Source: Kineococcus xinjiangensis (GTDB lineage: Bacteria; Actinomycetota; Actinomycetes; Actinomycetales; Kineococcaceae). From it: 64,000 bases of DNA. The position numbers were made by a program, and so were the translations under genes. Within the stretch, counting starts at the first letter, position 1. Every line of letters starts with the position of its first letter. The stretch is from the NCBI RefSeq assembly GCF_002934625.1, contig NZ_PTJD01000001.1:445041-509040 (forward strand), written 5' to 3'. A model generated the notes under the pieces. The model did no database searches and was not told the DNA's origin. It saw only the letters and a program-made list of their open reading frames with translations. Below, piece after piece: positions 37,346 through 46,103 of this stretch.

Positions 37346-39469
37346 GTGGACGCTGCACCACGCCCTGCCGCCGTCGGCGCGCAGGAGGCGGACGACGGGG
37401 CGGGCGCGGTGGGGACCGCCCCCGGTGCGGGGATCGACCCGCGTCTGGCGCTGGCCGACGCCGTGGCCGCCGACGCGGAGGCGTGGGTGGTGCACCGGGC
37501 CGTGCGCGACGACGCGGGCGGGGTGGTGGACTTCGAGGCCGTGTGGGCCAACGAGGCCGCGGTGCGGACCTCCGGCCTCGGGCCGATGGTGGGCCGGCGG
37601 CTCCTCGAGATGGTGCCCGAGATCGCCGACAGCCTGTTCCCGGTCTTCCGCAGCGTCGTGGACAGCGGCGAACCGCAGCAGCTGATGACCCCCGCCGTGG
37701 TCAGCGACGCCCGCCCGTCCTGGCGTCCGGGCTGGACCGCCTTCCATCTGCGCGCGGTGGGCGACCTGCTCGTCGTGCACTGGCGGGACGCCACCGAGGA
37801 GCACGGCAACGCCCTGGCCGCCGCCGCCGCCGAGACGCGGCTGCAGGCCCTCCTGCAGAACGCCGACGAGGTCATCGGGGTCTACACCAAGGACGCGAAG
37901 CCGCTGTACCTCAGTCCGTCCGCCCGGCGGGTGCTCGGCACCGGCGCCCCCTCGGCGCACTTCGCCGCCCGGGTGCACGTCGAGGACCGGCCGCTGGTCA
38001 TGGAGGTCTTCGCCACCCTCCTGGCGGGTGGGCCGGGGCAGGTGGTCGAGGTCGAGGCCCGCCTCCAGCACGGCGACGGGCACTGGATGTGGGTGCACGC
38101 CCGGGGCACCAACCACGTCGACGACCCCGACGTGGGTGGCATCGTCATCAACCTGCGCGACATCACCGAGCAGCACGACTTCGCCGAGCAGCTGCGGCGC
38201 CAGGCCCTGCAGGACCCCCTCACCTCGCTGCCCAACCGCCGGCTCATCGACACCGAGCTGGAGAGGGCGCTGGCGCGCACCCGGCGCGGCAGCGAGCTGA
38301 TCGGCGTCCTGCTCTGCGACGTCGACCACTTCAAGAGCATCAACGACCTCCACGGGCACCCGGCCGGTGACGAACTCCTGCAGCAGTTCGGCCGGCGCCT
38401 GTCCTCGGCGGTGCGCCCGGCCGACATCGTCGGCCGGCTCGGGGGCGACGAGTTCATCGTGGTCTGCGAGGACCTCGCCGACGTCGACGACCTGCGCGCC
38501 CTCACCGCGCGCATCCGCTCCGCCGTGTGCGGGGACTACGACATCGCGGGCCGGGACGTCTCCGTCACCGTCACGTTCGGGGCCAGCGCGGGGCGGCACC
38601 CGGACTCCAGCGACGAGGTCCTCAGCCAGGCCGACACTGCCCTGTACGAGGCCAAGCGCGCGGGCCGCGACCGCGTCGAGGTCTTCGACCACCGCATCCA
38701 CCAGCGGCAGAAGCACCGCAGCGCCAGGGAGTCCGCCCTGCGGACGGCGCTGGGTGCGGAGGAGTTCCGCCTGCACTACCAGCCCGTGATCGACCTGCGG
38801 AGCGACCGTGTCGTCGGTGCGGAGGCGCTGCTGCGCTGGGACCACCCGCAGGAGGGCCTGCTGCTGCCCGCCGCGTTCCTCGGGCTGGCCGAGGAGAGCA
38901 ACCTCATCGTCGACATCGGCGCCTGGGTGCTCCGTGCCGCCATGGCGGAGGCCGCCGGCTGGTCCGGGGACGACGGGGGGCGGCCCTGGCTGAGCATCAA
39001 CGTCTCCGGGCGCCAGCTGGCCCACCCCGACCTGCTCCTGCACCTGGACGCGGCGCTGCTGGCGAGCGGGCTGGACCCCGCCCGCGTCGAGATCGAGATC
39101 ACCGAGACGGTCGCCCTCCACGACCTCGACGCGACCCAGCGGGTGCTGACCGCCGTCCGCGCGCGGGGGCTGCACATCGCCCTGGACGACTTCGGCACCG
39201 GCTACTCGTCCCTGACGTGGCTGCAGCGGCTGCCGGTCGACACGGTCAAGCTGGACCGCAGCTTCGTGGCGGACCTGCTCTCCCCCGGAGGTCGGCACAC
39301 CCCCAGCATCATCGGCGGGGTCACGGCACTCGCCCACGCGATGGGCAAGCACGTCATCGCCGAGGGGATCGAGAGCACGCAGCAGCGGGACCACCTCGTC
39401 GAGCTGGGCTGCGACTACGCGCAGGGGTACCTGTTCCACCACCCCGCCCCGCACGGCCCCTTCGGCTGA
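37346..39469 (+). CDS. PAS-GGDEF-EAL signalling protein (c-di-GMP turnover)
   Basis: Two PAS-like sensor domains precede a GGDEF domain, in which RLGGDEF retains the GG(D/E)EF motif. The EAL domain has EALLRW, DDFGTGYSSL and the EGIES motif, consistent with an active phosphodiesterase. The 5' boundary is uncertain: GTG 37346 is a candidate, and the ORF-track start at 35849 lies antisense to hen1 and is rejected. Confidence 0.75.
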   Translation: MDAAPRPAAVGAQEADDGAGAVGTAPGAGIDPRLALADAVAADAEAWVVHRAVRDDAGGVVDFEAVWANEAAVRTSGLGPMVGRRLLEMVPEIADSLFPVFRSVVDSGEPQQLMTPAVVSDARPSWRPGWTAFHLRAVGDLLVVHWRDATEEHGNALAAAAAETRLQALLQNADEVIGVYTKDAKPLYLSPSARRVLGTGAPSAHFAARVHVEDRPLVMEVFATLLAGGPGQVVEVEARLQHGDGHWMWVHARGTNHVDDPDVGGIVINLRDITEQHDFAEQLRRQALQDPLTSLPNRRLIDTELERALARTRRGSELIGVLLCDVDHFKSINDLHGHPAGDELLQQFGRRLSSAVRPADIVGRLGGDEFIVVCEDLADVDDLRALTARIRSAVCGDYDIAGRDVSVTVTFGASAGRHPDSSDEVLSQADTALYEAKRAGRDRVEVFDHRIHQRQKHRSARESALRTALGAEEFRLHYQPVIDLRSDRVVGAEALLRWDHPQEGLLLPAAFLGLAEESNLIVDIGAWVLRAAMAEAAGWSGDDGGRPWLSINVSGRQLAHPDLLLHLDAALLASGLDPARVEIEITETVALHDLDATQRVLTAVRARGLHIALDDFGTGYSSLTWLQRLPVDTVKLDRSFVADLLSPGGRHTPSIIGGVTALAHAMGKHVIAEGIESTQQRDHLVELGCDYAQGYLFHHPAPHGPFG

Positions 39470-39524
39470 GACCGCAGCCGCCGCAGCGACCGGCACCCCA
39501 CCGGCCGGGTGCTCGACAGGACCG

Positions 39525-40946
39525 GTGTCGGGGTCGCTCGCTAGCGTCGGGGACGTGCCGCAGCGCTGGAGCCCCGAGCAGGTGGTCGCGCTGGCCCCGG
39601 ACGCGTCGTCGGTGGCGGCCGGCCGCAAGCTCGCCGCCGCGGGGCCCTGGTCGCAGACGGGTGCCACGGCCGAACCGGCCGCGGTGTGGGGCCTGTGCAA
39701 GGGCAGCGGGAAGACGCCGTACCAGACGATCGTCGACCTCACCGGGCCCGCGTACCGCTGCTCCTGCCCGAGCCGGAAGTTCCCGTGCAAGCACGCCCTC
39801 GGCCTGCTGCTGCTCTGGTCGGCCGGAGGGGTGGAGGAGACCGCCGCCCCCAGCGACTTCGCCGCGGCCTGGCTGGACTCCCGGGCCGCGAAGGCCGCCC
39901 GCAGCACCACCGCCGGGGCGGACGGCACGGGCACCGGGGTCGACGGCACGAGCGCCGGGGTCGACGGCACGAGCGCCGGGGCGGACGGCACGGGGGTCCA
40001 GCGGGACGCGGAGCGGGCGGCCCGCCGACGCGCCGAGCAGCGCGCCGAGCGGATGGGTGCGGGCGCCGCGGACCTGGACCGGTGGCTGCGCGACCGGGTG
40101 CGCACGGGTCTGGCCGGGGCGGACCGCGCCGGCTACGGCGACGTCGACGCGGTGGCGGCGCGGCTGGTGGACGCGCAGGCGCAGGTGCTGGCCGGTGGCG
40201 TCCGGCGGCTGGCGGGGGTGGCGGCCTCCGGCGACGGCTGGCCGGGGCGGCTGCTGGCGGAGCTGGCGCTGCTGCGGTTGCTGACCGCCGCCCACTCCCG
40301 GCTGGCGGACCTGCCCGAGCCGCTGGCCGCGACGGTCCGGGCCCGGGTCGGGTACCCGGTGCGCACGGAGGACGTGCTGGCCACCCCGGCGGTGCGCGAC
40401 CGCTGGAACGTGCTGTCCCTGCGCGACAGCACCGAGGACCGGCTGGTGGTGCGGCGGGTCGTCCTGCTCGGGGAGCACACCGGGCGGGTGGCGGTCGTGC
40501 TCTCCTTCGCCCCGCCGGGGCAGCCGCTGGACGCCTCGCTGGTGCCGGGGCGCAGCCTGGAGGCCGACCTGCACTTCCACCCCGGTTCCGCGCCGCGCGC
40601 CGTGGTCGGCGCCCGCCACGGCGAGCCCGGGGTGCTCGGTGCCGTGGCGGGCGCCGGCGTGGCGGCGGCGCTGGCCTCGTGGGCGCAGGCGCTGGCCGCC
40701 GACCCCTGGCTGACGTCGTGGCCGGTGGTGCTGGCCGCGGTGGTGCCGGCCGCGGACCCGGGCGAGGACCGCCCCGGCAGCCTGCTGGACGAGGCGGGCG
40801 ACGCCCTGCCGCTGGCACCGGGCGCCGAGCCGTGGCACCTGCTCGCCGTCTCCGGTGGCCGGCCGGTGACCGTGGTGGCCGAGCAGACCCCGCTCGGGCT
40901 GCACCCGCTGTCGGCGCTGACGGAGCACGGGCTGGTGGCGCTGTGA
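39525..40946 (+). CDS. SWIM zinc-finger family protein
   Basis: The SWIM C-x-C-x(n)-C-x-H motif is present as CSCPSRKFPCKHALG. The N-terminal RWSPEQVVALAPDASSVAAGRKLA block is typical of this bacterial SWIM family. The start is either GTG 39525 or GTG 39555. The stop overlaps the next gene (GTGA). Confidence 0.8.
   Translation: MSGSLASVGDVPQRWSPEQVVALAPDASSVAAGRKLAAAGPWSQTGATAEPAAVWGLCKGSGKTPYQTIVDLTGPAYRCSCPSRKFPCKHALGLLLLWSAGGVEETAAPSDFAAAWLDSRAAKAARSTTAGADGTGTGVDGTSAGVDGTSAGADGTGVQRDAERAARRRAEQRAERMGAGAADLDRWLRDRVRTGLAGADRAGYGDVDAVAARLVDAQAQVLAGGVRRLAGVAASGDGWPGRLLAELALLRLLTAAHSRLADLPEPLAATVRARVGYPVRTEDVLATPAVRDRWNVLSLRDSTEDRLVVRRVVLLGEHTGRVAVVLSFAPPGQPLDASLVPGRSLEADLHFHPGSAPRAVVGARHGEPGVLGAVAGAGVAAALASWAQALAADPWLTSWPVVLAAVVPAADPGEDRPGSLLDEAGDALPLAPGAEPWHLLAVSGGRPVTVVAEQTPLGLHPLSALTEHGLVAL
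39910..40000 (+). repeat. imperfect tandem repeat of about 24 nt inside the SWIM gene
   Basis: ggggtcgacggcacgagcgccggg occurs twice, flanked by degenerate copies (gcggacggcacgggcacc). It encodes a (GADGTGTGVDGTSAGVDGTSAGADGTG) linker. Confidence 0.45.
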
Positions 40947-42535
40947 GCGGCACGGACCCCGCTCCCCTCTCCTTCGACGACCTCGTCGGCGCGGCGCTGC
41001 TGGGGACCGCGCGCCGGCCGGTGGATCCCGCCGGCCTGCCGGGCGCCGTGGGCGCGAGTGCCGCCGGGCTGCCGGGCGGGGACCCCGCGGCGCTGCTGCT
41101 CGACGCCGCCGCGCTCGCCGTGGTGCACGAGCGCGCGGGGGTGCTGCCGCTGCGCGGACAGCAGCCCGCACCCGCCGCCGGGGAGGAGGCGGGGCGCGTG
41201 GCCGGGCCGGCCGCCGCGGACCGGCTCGGCGGCCTCCTGGCGCGGGCGGGCACCCAGGACGGCGATGCGCTCCTCGCCCTGTGGCTGGACGCCGCGGCCG
41301 CCGCGGGCGTGCTCGCCCCGCCCGTCCTCCTGCCGGACCTGCTGGAGGTGGCCACGCGCTCGCGCGCCACGGCGGCACGGGTGGCGGCCGTGGCCGGGGA
41401 GCGGGGCCGGTGGCTGGCGCAGTGGCGTCCCACCTGGGCCGGCGCCCTGTCCCGGCACACCCCCCTGGGCACCTCCTCCGGCACCGCCGCGCCCGCACCG
41501 CGGCAGCCCGGCGACCCTGCGCAGGACCCGGCGTGGGCGCACGGGGCGCCCGCGGGACGACGGGCGTGGCTGGCTGCGCTGCGGGCCACCGACCCCGCCG
41601 CCGCCCGGGAGGTGCTGGCCACCTCGTGGGCGAGCGAGCGGGGCGAGGACCGCGAGGCGCTGCTGCCGCTGCTGCGGGACGGCCTCGGCCCCGACGACGA
41701 GCCGCTGCTGGAGGTCGCGCTGCGGGACCGGCGCGCCGCGGTGCGGGAGGTGGCCGCGGCGCTGCTGGCGGCCCTGCCCGGCAGCGTGCACGGGCGGCGC
41801 AGCGCCGAGCTGGCACTGCGCCACGTCCGGGTGGAGCGCCGGCGCCTGCGCCGCACGCTGGTCGTGACGCTGCCCGACCTCGACCCCGGGGAGGCGCGGG
41901 CCCTGGGGGTGCCGCCCGCCCCCCACGGGACCGGGGCGAGGCAGTGGCAGCTCCAGCACCTCGTGGCCGCGGCCCCGCTGGCGGTGTGGGAGGACACGCT
42001 GGGCGGCAACGCCGAGGACCTGGTGGCCCTGCCGGTGGCCGACGACCTCTACGCGGTGCTGCACGCGGGCTGGGCGGAGGCGGCGCGCACCCAGCAGGAC
42101 GCCGCGTGGGCGCGGGCCCTGCTGGCCGCCGGGACCACCCGCGACCTCGCCGCCCTCGCGCTCGTGCTGCCGCCGCAGGAGCGGGCCACGGTGGCGGCCG
42201 CCGCCCTGGACGCCGACGACGGCAGGGACCGGCGCTCCCGCCTGCCACCCTCGGCGGAGCTGCTCCGGGTGCTCAGCGGGGTCCCGGCTCCCTGGCCGGA
42301 GCCCCTGGCCCCCTCCGTCGTGACCTGGGTGCGCCGCGTGCGCCGGGCCGCGGTCTGGTACGACCGGCCCGTCGTGCACCTCGCGGGGCTGCGCCTGCCC
42401 TGCGACGAGAGCACCGAGGCCGCGCTGCGCGCCGCCGCCGCGGCCCTGCCCGACGACGCCCCGCTCGCCCCGGACGTCTCCGGGGCCGCAGACACCCTGT
42501 CCTTCCGCCGCCACATGCTCGAGGAGCTCCGTTGA
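40943..42535 (+). CDS. DUF5691-like protein (Ala/Leu-rich, HEAT-like repeats)
   Basis: 530 aa helical repeat protein. Both its start (GTGA) and its stop (TTGA) are coupled to the neighbouring genes. My recollection is that NCBI annotates homologues in this conserved five-gene block as DUF5691. This should be confirmed by HMM search. Confidence 0.65.
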   Translation: MSGTDPAPLSFDDLVGAALLGTARRPVDPAGLPGAVGASAAGLPGGDPAALLLDAAALAVVHERAGVLPLRGQQPAPAAGEEAGRVAGPAAADRLGGLLARAGTQDGDALLALWLDAAAAAGVLAPPVLLPDLLEVATRSRATAARVAAVAGERGRWLAQWRPTWAGALSRHTPLGTSSGTAAPAPRQPGDPAQDPAWAHGAPAGRRAWLAALRATDPAAAREVLATSWASERGEDREALLPLLRDGLGPDDEPLLEVALRDRRAAVREVAAALLAALPGSVHGRRSAELALRHVRVERRRLRRTLVVTLPDLDPGEARALGVPPAPHGTGARQWQLQHLVAAAPLAVWEDTLGGNAEDLVALPVADDLYAVLHAGWAEAARTQQDAAWARALLAAGTTRDLAALALVLPPQERATVAAAALDADDGRDRRSRLPPSAELLRVLSGVPAPWPEPLAPSVVTWVRRVRRAAVWYDRPVVHLAGLRLPCDESTEAALRAAAAALPDDAPLAPDVSGAADTLSFRRHMLEELR

Positions 42536-43689
42536 CGCCGAACCCCGCAGCCCCCTCCCCTGGCGCACCGGGGGCCTCGCCGGCCGCCGCGGACGGCGGG
42601 GCGGGCACGACCGGTCTGCTGCGCCCGCACGCGGAGCAGCAGTTCGCGGCCGAACTGGCGGCGCTCGCCGCCTCCGACGACCGGCCGCGGCCGCCGGCCT
42701 GGCGGCTGTCGCCGGCGGCGGTCGTGACGTACCTGCTGGGCGGGACGCTGCCCGACGGGACCGTCGTCACCCCCAAGTACGTCGGGCCGCGGCGACTGGT
42801 GGAGGTGGCGGTGGCGACGCTGGCGACCGACCGCGCCCTGCTGCTGCTGGGCGTGCCCGGCACGGCGAAGACGTGGGTGAGCGAGCACCTCGCCGCCGCC
42901 GTCTGCGGGCGCTCGACGCTCGTGGTGCAGGGGACCTCCGGCACCGCGGAGGAGGCCGTCCGCTACGGCTGGAACTACGCCCGCCTGCTCGCCGAGGGCC
43001 CCTCCCCCGCGGCGCTGGTGCCCTCGCCGGTGATGGTGGCGATGCGGGAGGCGCAGGTGGCGCGGATCGAGGAGCTGACGCGCATCCCCTCCGACGTGCA
43101 GGACGCGCTCATCACGGTCCTGTCGGAGAAGTCGCTGCCCGTTCCGGAGCTGGGCGTGGAGGTGCAGGCCGCGAAGGGGTTCAACGTCATCGCCACCGCC
43201 AACGACCGCGACCGCGGCGTGAACGAGCTGTCCTCGGCGCTGCGCCGCCGCTTCAACACCGTGGTGCTGCCCCTGCCCGGCACACCGGAGGAGGAGGTGC
43301 AGATCGTGGTCCGGCGCGTGGAGCAGCTCGGCTCCGCGCTGGAACTGCCGGAGGTGCCCGCCGCGCTGGAGGAGATCCGCCGCGTCGTGACGGTGTTCCG
43401 GGAGCTGCGCTCGGGCTCCACCCTGGACGGGCGGACGGCGCTGAAGACGCCGTCGGGCACGCTGTCCACGGCCGAGGCCATCTCCGTGGTGACCCACGGG
43501 CTCGCCCTGTCCGCGCACTTCGGCGACGGGGTGCTGCGCGCCTCCGACATCGCCGCGGGCATCGTGGGCTCCGTGGTCAAGGACCCGGTGGCGGACCGGG
43601 CGGTGTGGGTGGAGTACCTGGAGGCCGTGGCCCGCGAGCGCGAGGGCTGGGCGGACTTCTACCGCGCCTGCCGGGAGGTCACGGGGTGA
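42532..43689 (+). CDS. MoxR-like AAA+ ATPase
   Basis: Walker A LLLGVPGTAKT, Walker B and sensor 1 (FNVIATANDRD) are present. The arginine-finger region and the C-terminal lid are typical of MoxR/AAA_3/AAA_5. A TTG start at 42532 overlaps the upstream stop. Confidence 0.8.
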   Translation: MTPNPAAPSPGAPGASPAAADGGAGTTGLLRPHAEQQFAAELAALAASDDRPRPPAWRLSPAAVVTYLLGGTLPDGTVVTPKYVGPRRLVEVAVATLATDRALLLLGVPGTAKTWVSEHLAAAVCGRSTLVVQGTSGTAEEAVRYGWNYARLLAEGPSPAALVPSPVMVAMREAQVARIEELTRIPSDVQDALITVLSEKSLPVPELGVEVQAAKGFNVIATANDRDRGVNELSSALRRRFNTVVLPLPGTPEEEVQIVVRRVEQLGSALELPEVPAALEEIRRVVTVFRELRSGSTLDGRTALKTPSGTLSTAEAISVVTHGLALSAHFGDGVLRASDIAAGIVGSVVKDPVADRAVWVEYLEAVAREREGWADFYRACREVTG

Positions 43690-46103
43690 GCGCCGAGCCG
43701 GTGGCCCAGGAGCAGGTGACCCACGAGCAGGTGCGCTCCTCGCCTGCGGCGGGCGGGGCGCGGGTGCGGGTCTGCGGGGTCCGCCACCACGGCCCGGGGT
43801 CGGCGCGGGCGGTCCTCGCTGCGCTGGAGTCGCTGCAGCCGGACGTCGTGCTGCTGGAGGGCCCGGCCGACGCGGACCCCCTGGTGGCGCTCGCCGGCGC
43901 GGCGGACATGGAGCCGCCCGTGGCGCTGCTGGCGCACGTCACCGGGGAGCCGCGCACGTCCGCGTTCTGGCCGTTCGCGGTGTTCTCCCCGGAGTGGCAG
44001 GCGCTGCGCTGGGCGGTGCTGCACGGTGTTCCCGTGCGGTTCTGCGACCTGCCCGCCGCGGCGGTGCTCGCGATGCGGGACGACGGGTCCGGAACCGGGG
44101 AACCCGAAGGCGCGGAATCCGGCGGCGCGGAACCCGGCCCCGGCCGTGAGGACGGCGAACCCCCGCGCGGTGACGGGGAGGAGCACGGCGACGACGGTCC
44201 CCGCGACGGGGCCGCCCCGGGAACCGCGGAACTGCTGCGGGCCGATCCCCTCGCGGCCCTCGCCGCCGCCGCGGGCTACGACGACCCCGAGCGCTGGTGG
44301 GACGACGTGGTGGAGTCCCGCCTGGACGCGCCCGCCCCGTTCGACGTCATCACCGACGCGATGGCCGCGGTCCGCGAGCACGCACCGGCGCTGCCCGCCG
44401 CGGAGGAGGAGCGCGAGACGCGCCGCGAGGCGCACATGCGCCAGGTGCTGCGCGCGGTCCTGAAGGAGGGAGCCCAGCGCGTCGCGGTCGTCTGCGGCGC
44501 CTGGCACGCGCCCGCCCTGTCGGGGAAGCTGCCGCCCGCCGCAGCCGACGCGCGCACGCTGCGCGGCCTGCCCAGGCGGCGCGTCTCCCTGACGTGGGTG
44601 CCGTGGACGCACTCCCGGCTCGCGGCGGCCTCCGGCTACGGAGCGGGCGTCGACTCCCCCGGCTGGTACCACCACCTGTTCACCTCCCCCGACGAGCCGG
44701 TCACGCGCTGGCTGATCGCCGTGGCCGGGGTGCTGCGGGCGGAGGACCTGCCCGTCTCCACCGCCTCCGTCATCGAGGCCGTGCGGCTGGCCGACGCCCT
44801 GGCGGTGATGCGGGGGCGGCCGCTGGCCGGGCTGGCGGAGGTGACGGAGGCCACCCGCGCGGTCCTGTGCGAGGGCGACGAGAGCGCCCTGCACCTGGTG
44901 ACGCGGCGCCTCGTCGTCGGTGAGGCGCTCGGCCGGGTGCCGGCGGAGACCCCCGCCGTCCCCCTCGACTCCGACCTGCGCGCCACCGCGAAGGCGCTGC
45001 GCCTCAAGCTCGACCCGCTCGAGCGCACCCTGGAACTCGACCTGCGCAAGGACACCGACCTCGCCCGCTCCCGGCTCCTGCACCGCCTCGCCCTCCTCGG
45101 TGTCGACTGGGGCCGGGCTGCGGCGTCGCTCACCCGGTCCACCGGGACGTTCCGGGAGACGTGGCAGCTCGTGTGGCGGCCGGAACTGGCGGTGGACGTC
45201 ATCGAGGCGTCGGTGTGGGGCACCACGGTGGAGGCTGCGGCCACGGCCCGGGCCGTCGAGCGCGCCGGGGAGGCCACCCTGCCGCAGCTGACCGCCCTGG
45301 TGGAGCGGTGCCTGCTCGCGGGGCTGCCGCAGGCGCTCCCCCCGGTGCTGCGGGCCCTCGACGTGCGCGCCGCCGCGGACGCCGATGTGGAGCACCTGAT
45401 GACCGCGCTGCCGCCGCTGGTGCGCGCCCACCGCTACTCCGACGTGCGCCGCACCGGCAGCGGCGACCTCGCGCAGGTCGCGGACGCACTGCTGGTGCGG
45501 GTGTGCGCGGCGCTGCCCGCGGCGGTCGTCTCCCTCGACGACGACGCCGCGCGCGACCTGCGCCGGGCCGTCGACGCCGTGCACGAGGCTGTGGGGTTGT
45601 GGGAGGACCCGCGGGGTTCGCGGCTGTGGTCGGCCACCCTGGCGGGCCTGGTCGCGGTCGAGCCGGGCCGCCAGGGCCCGCCGGGGCTGCTGGCCGGGCG
45701 GATCGTGCGGCTGCTGCGGGACTCCGGCGACCTGCCGGCTGCGGAGGCCGCGCGCCGCCTGGGGTTCACCCTCTCCCGCGGCACCCCCGCGCCGGCCGCG
45801 GCGGGCTGGGTCGAGGGGTTCCTCGGCTCGGGCGGCGGCACGGTCCTCGTCCACGACGAGGACCTGCTCGCCCTGCTGGACGCGTGGGTGTGCTCGCTGC
45901 CGGAGCGGGAGTTCACGGACGTTCTCCCCCTGCTGCGGCGCACCTTCGGCGGTTTCGCCGCGCCGGAGCGCCGCGCGCTCGGGGACGCGCTGCGGCGGGG
46001 CTCCGGAGCGAGGCGGGGCGAGGGGCGCAGCGCCGGGGTCGACGAGGAGCGGGCCGCACCGGCGCTGCGCACCGCCGCGATGCTCCTGGGAGTTCCGGCA
46101 TGA
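43686..46103 (+). CDS. DUF5682-like large protein with an acidic low-complexity insert
   Basis: 805 aa. The GTGA and ATGA overlaps place it between the MoxR ATPase and VWA genes. I found no recognisable catalytic motif. An acidic Gly/Glu/Asp/Pro-rich linker lies at about nt 44080-44230. Confidence 0.6.
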   Translation: MSAEPVAQEQVTHEQVRSSPAAGGARVRVCGVRHHGPGSARAVLAALESLQPDVVLLEGPADADPLVALAGAADMEPPVALLAHVTGEPRTSAFWPFAVFSPEWQALRWAVLHGVPVRFCDLPAAAVLAMRDDGSGTGEPEGAESGGAEPGPGREDGEPPRGDGEEHGDDGPRDGAAPGTAELLRADPLAALAAAAGYDDPERWWDDVVESRLDAPAPFDVITDAMAAVREHAPALPAAEEERETRREAHMRQVLRAVLKEGAQRVAVVCGAWHAPALSGKLPPAAADARTLRGLPRRRVSLTWVPWTHSRLAAASGYGAGVDSPGWYHHLFTSPDEPVTRWLIAVAGVLRAEDLPVSTASVIEAVRLADALAVMRGRPLAGLAEVTEATRAVLCEGDESALHLVTRRLVVGEALGRVPAETPAVPLDSDLRATAKALRLKLDPLERTLELDLRKDTDLARSRLLHRLALLGVDWGRAAASLTRSTGTFRETWQLVWRPELAVDVIEASVWGTTVEAAATARAVERAGEATLPQLTALVERCLLAGLPQALPPVLRALDVRAAADADVEHLMTALPPLVRAHRYSDVRRTGSGDLAQVADALLVRVCAALPAAVVSLDDDAARDLRRAVDAVHEAVGLWEDPRGSRLWSATLAGLVAVEPGRQGPPGLLAGRIVRLLRDSGDLPAAEAARRLGFTLSRGTPAPAAAGWVEGFLGSGGGTVLVHDEDLLALLDAWVCSLPEREFTDVLPLLRRTFGGFAAPERRALGDALRRGSGARRGEGRSAGVDEERAAPALRTAAMLLGVPA

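Noticed and set aside
35751-37361. N-terminal extension of the Pnkp ORF (1,407 aa in the track)
   Set aside because: The Pnkp kinase P-loop begins right after ATG 35750. The extension overlaps hen1 in another frame.
37187-40105. Upstream extension of the minus-strand ORF that ends in hen1 (1,452 aa total)
   Set aside because: Only the last 479 codons resemble Hen1. The extension is antisense to the GGDEF-EAL and SWIM genes.
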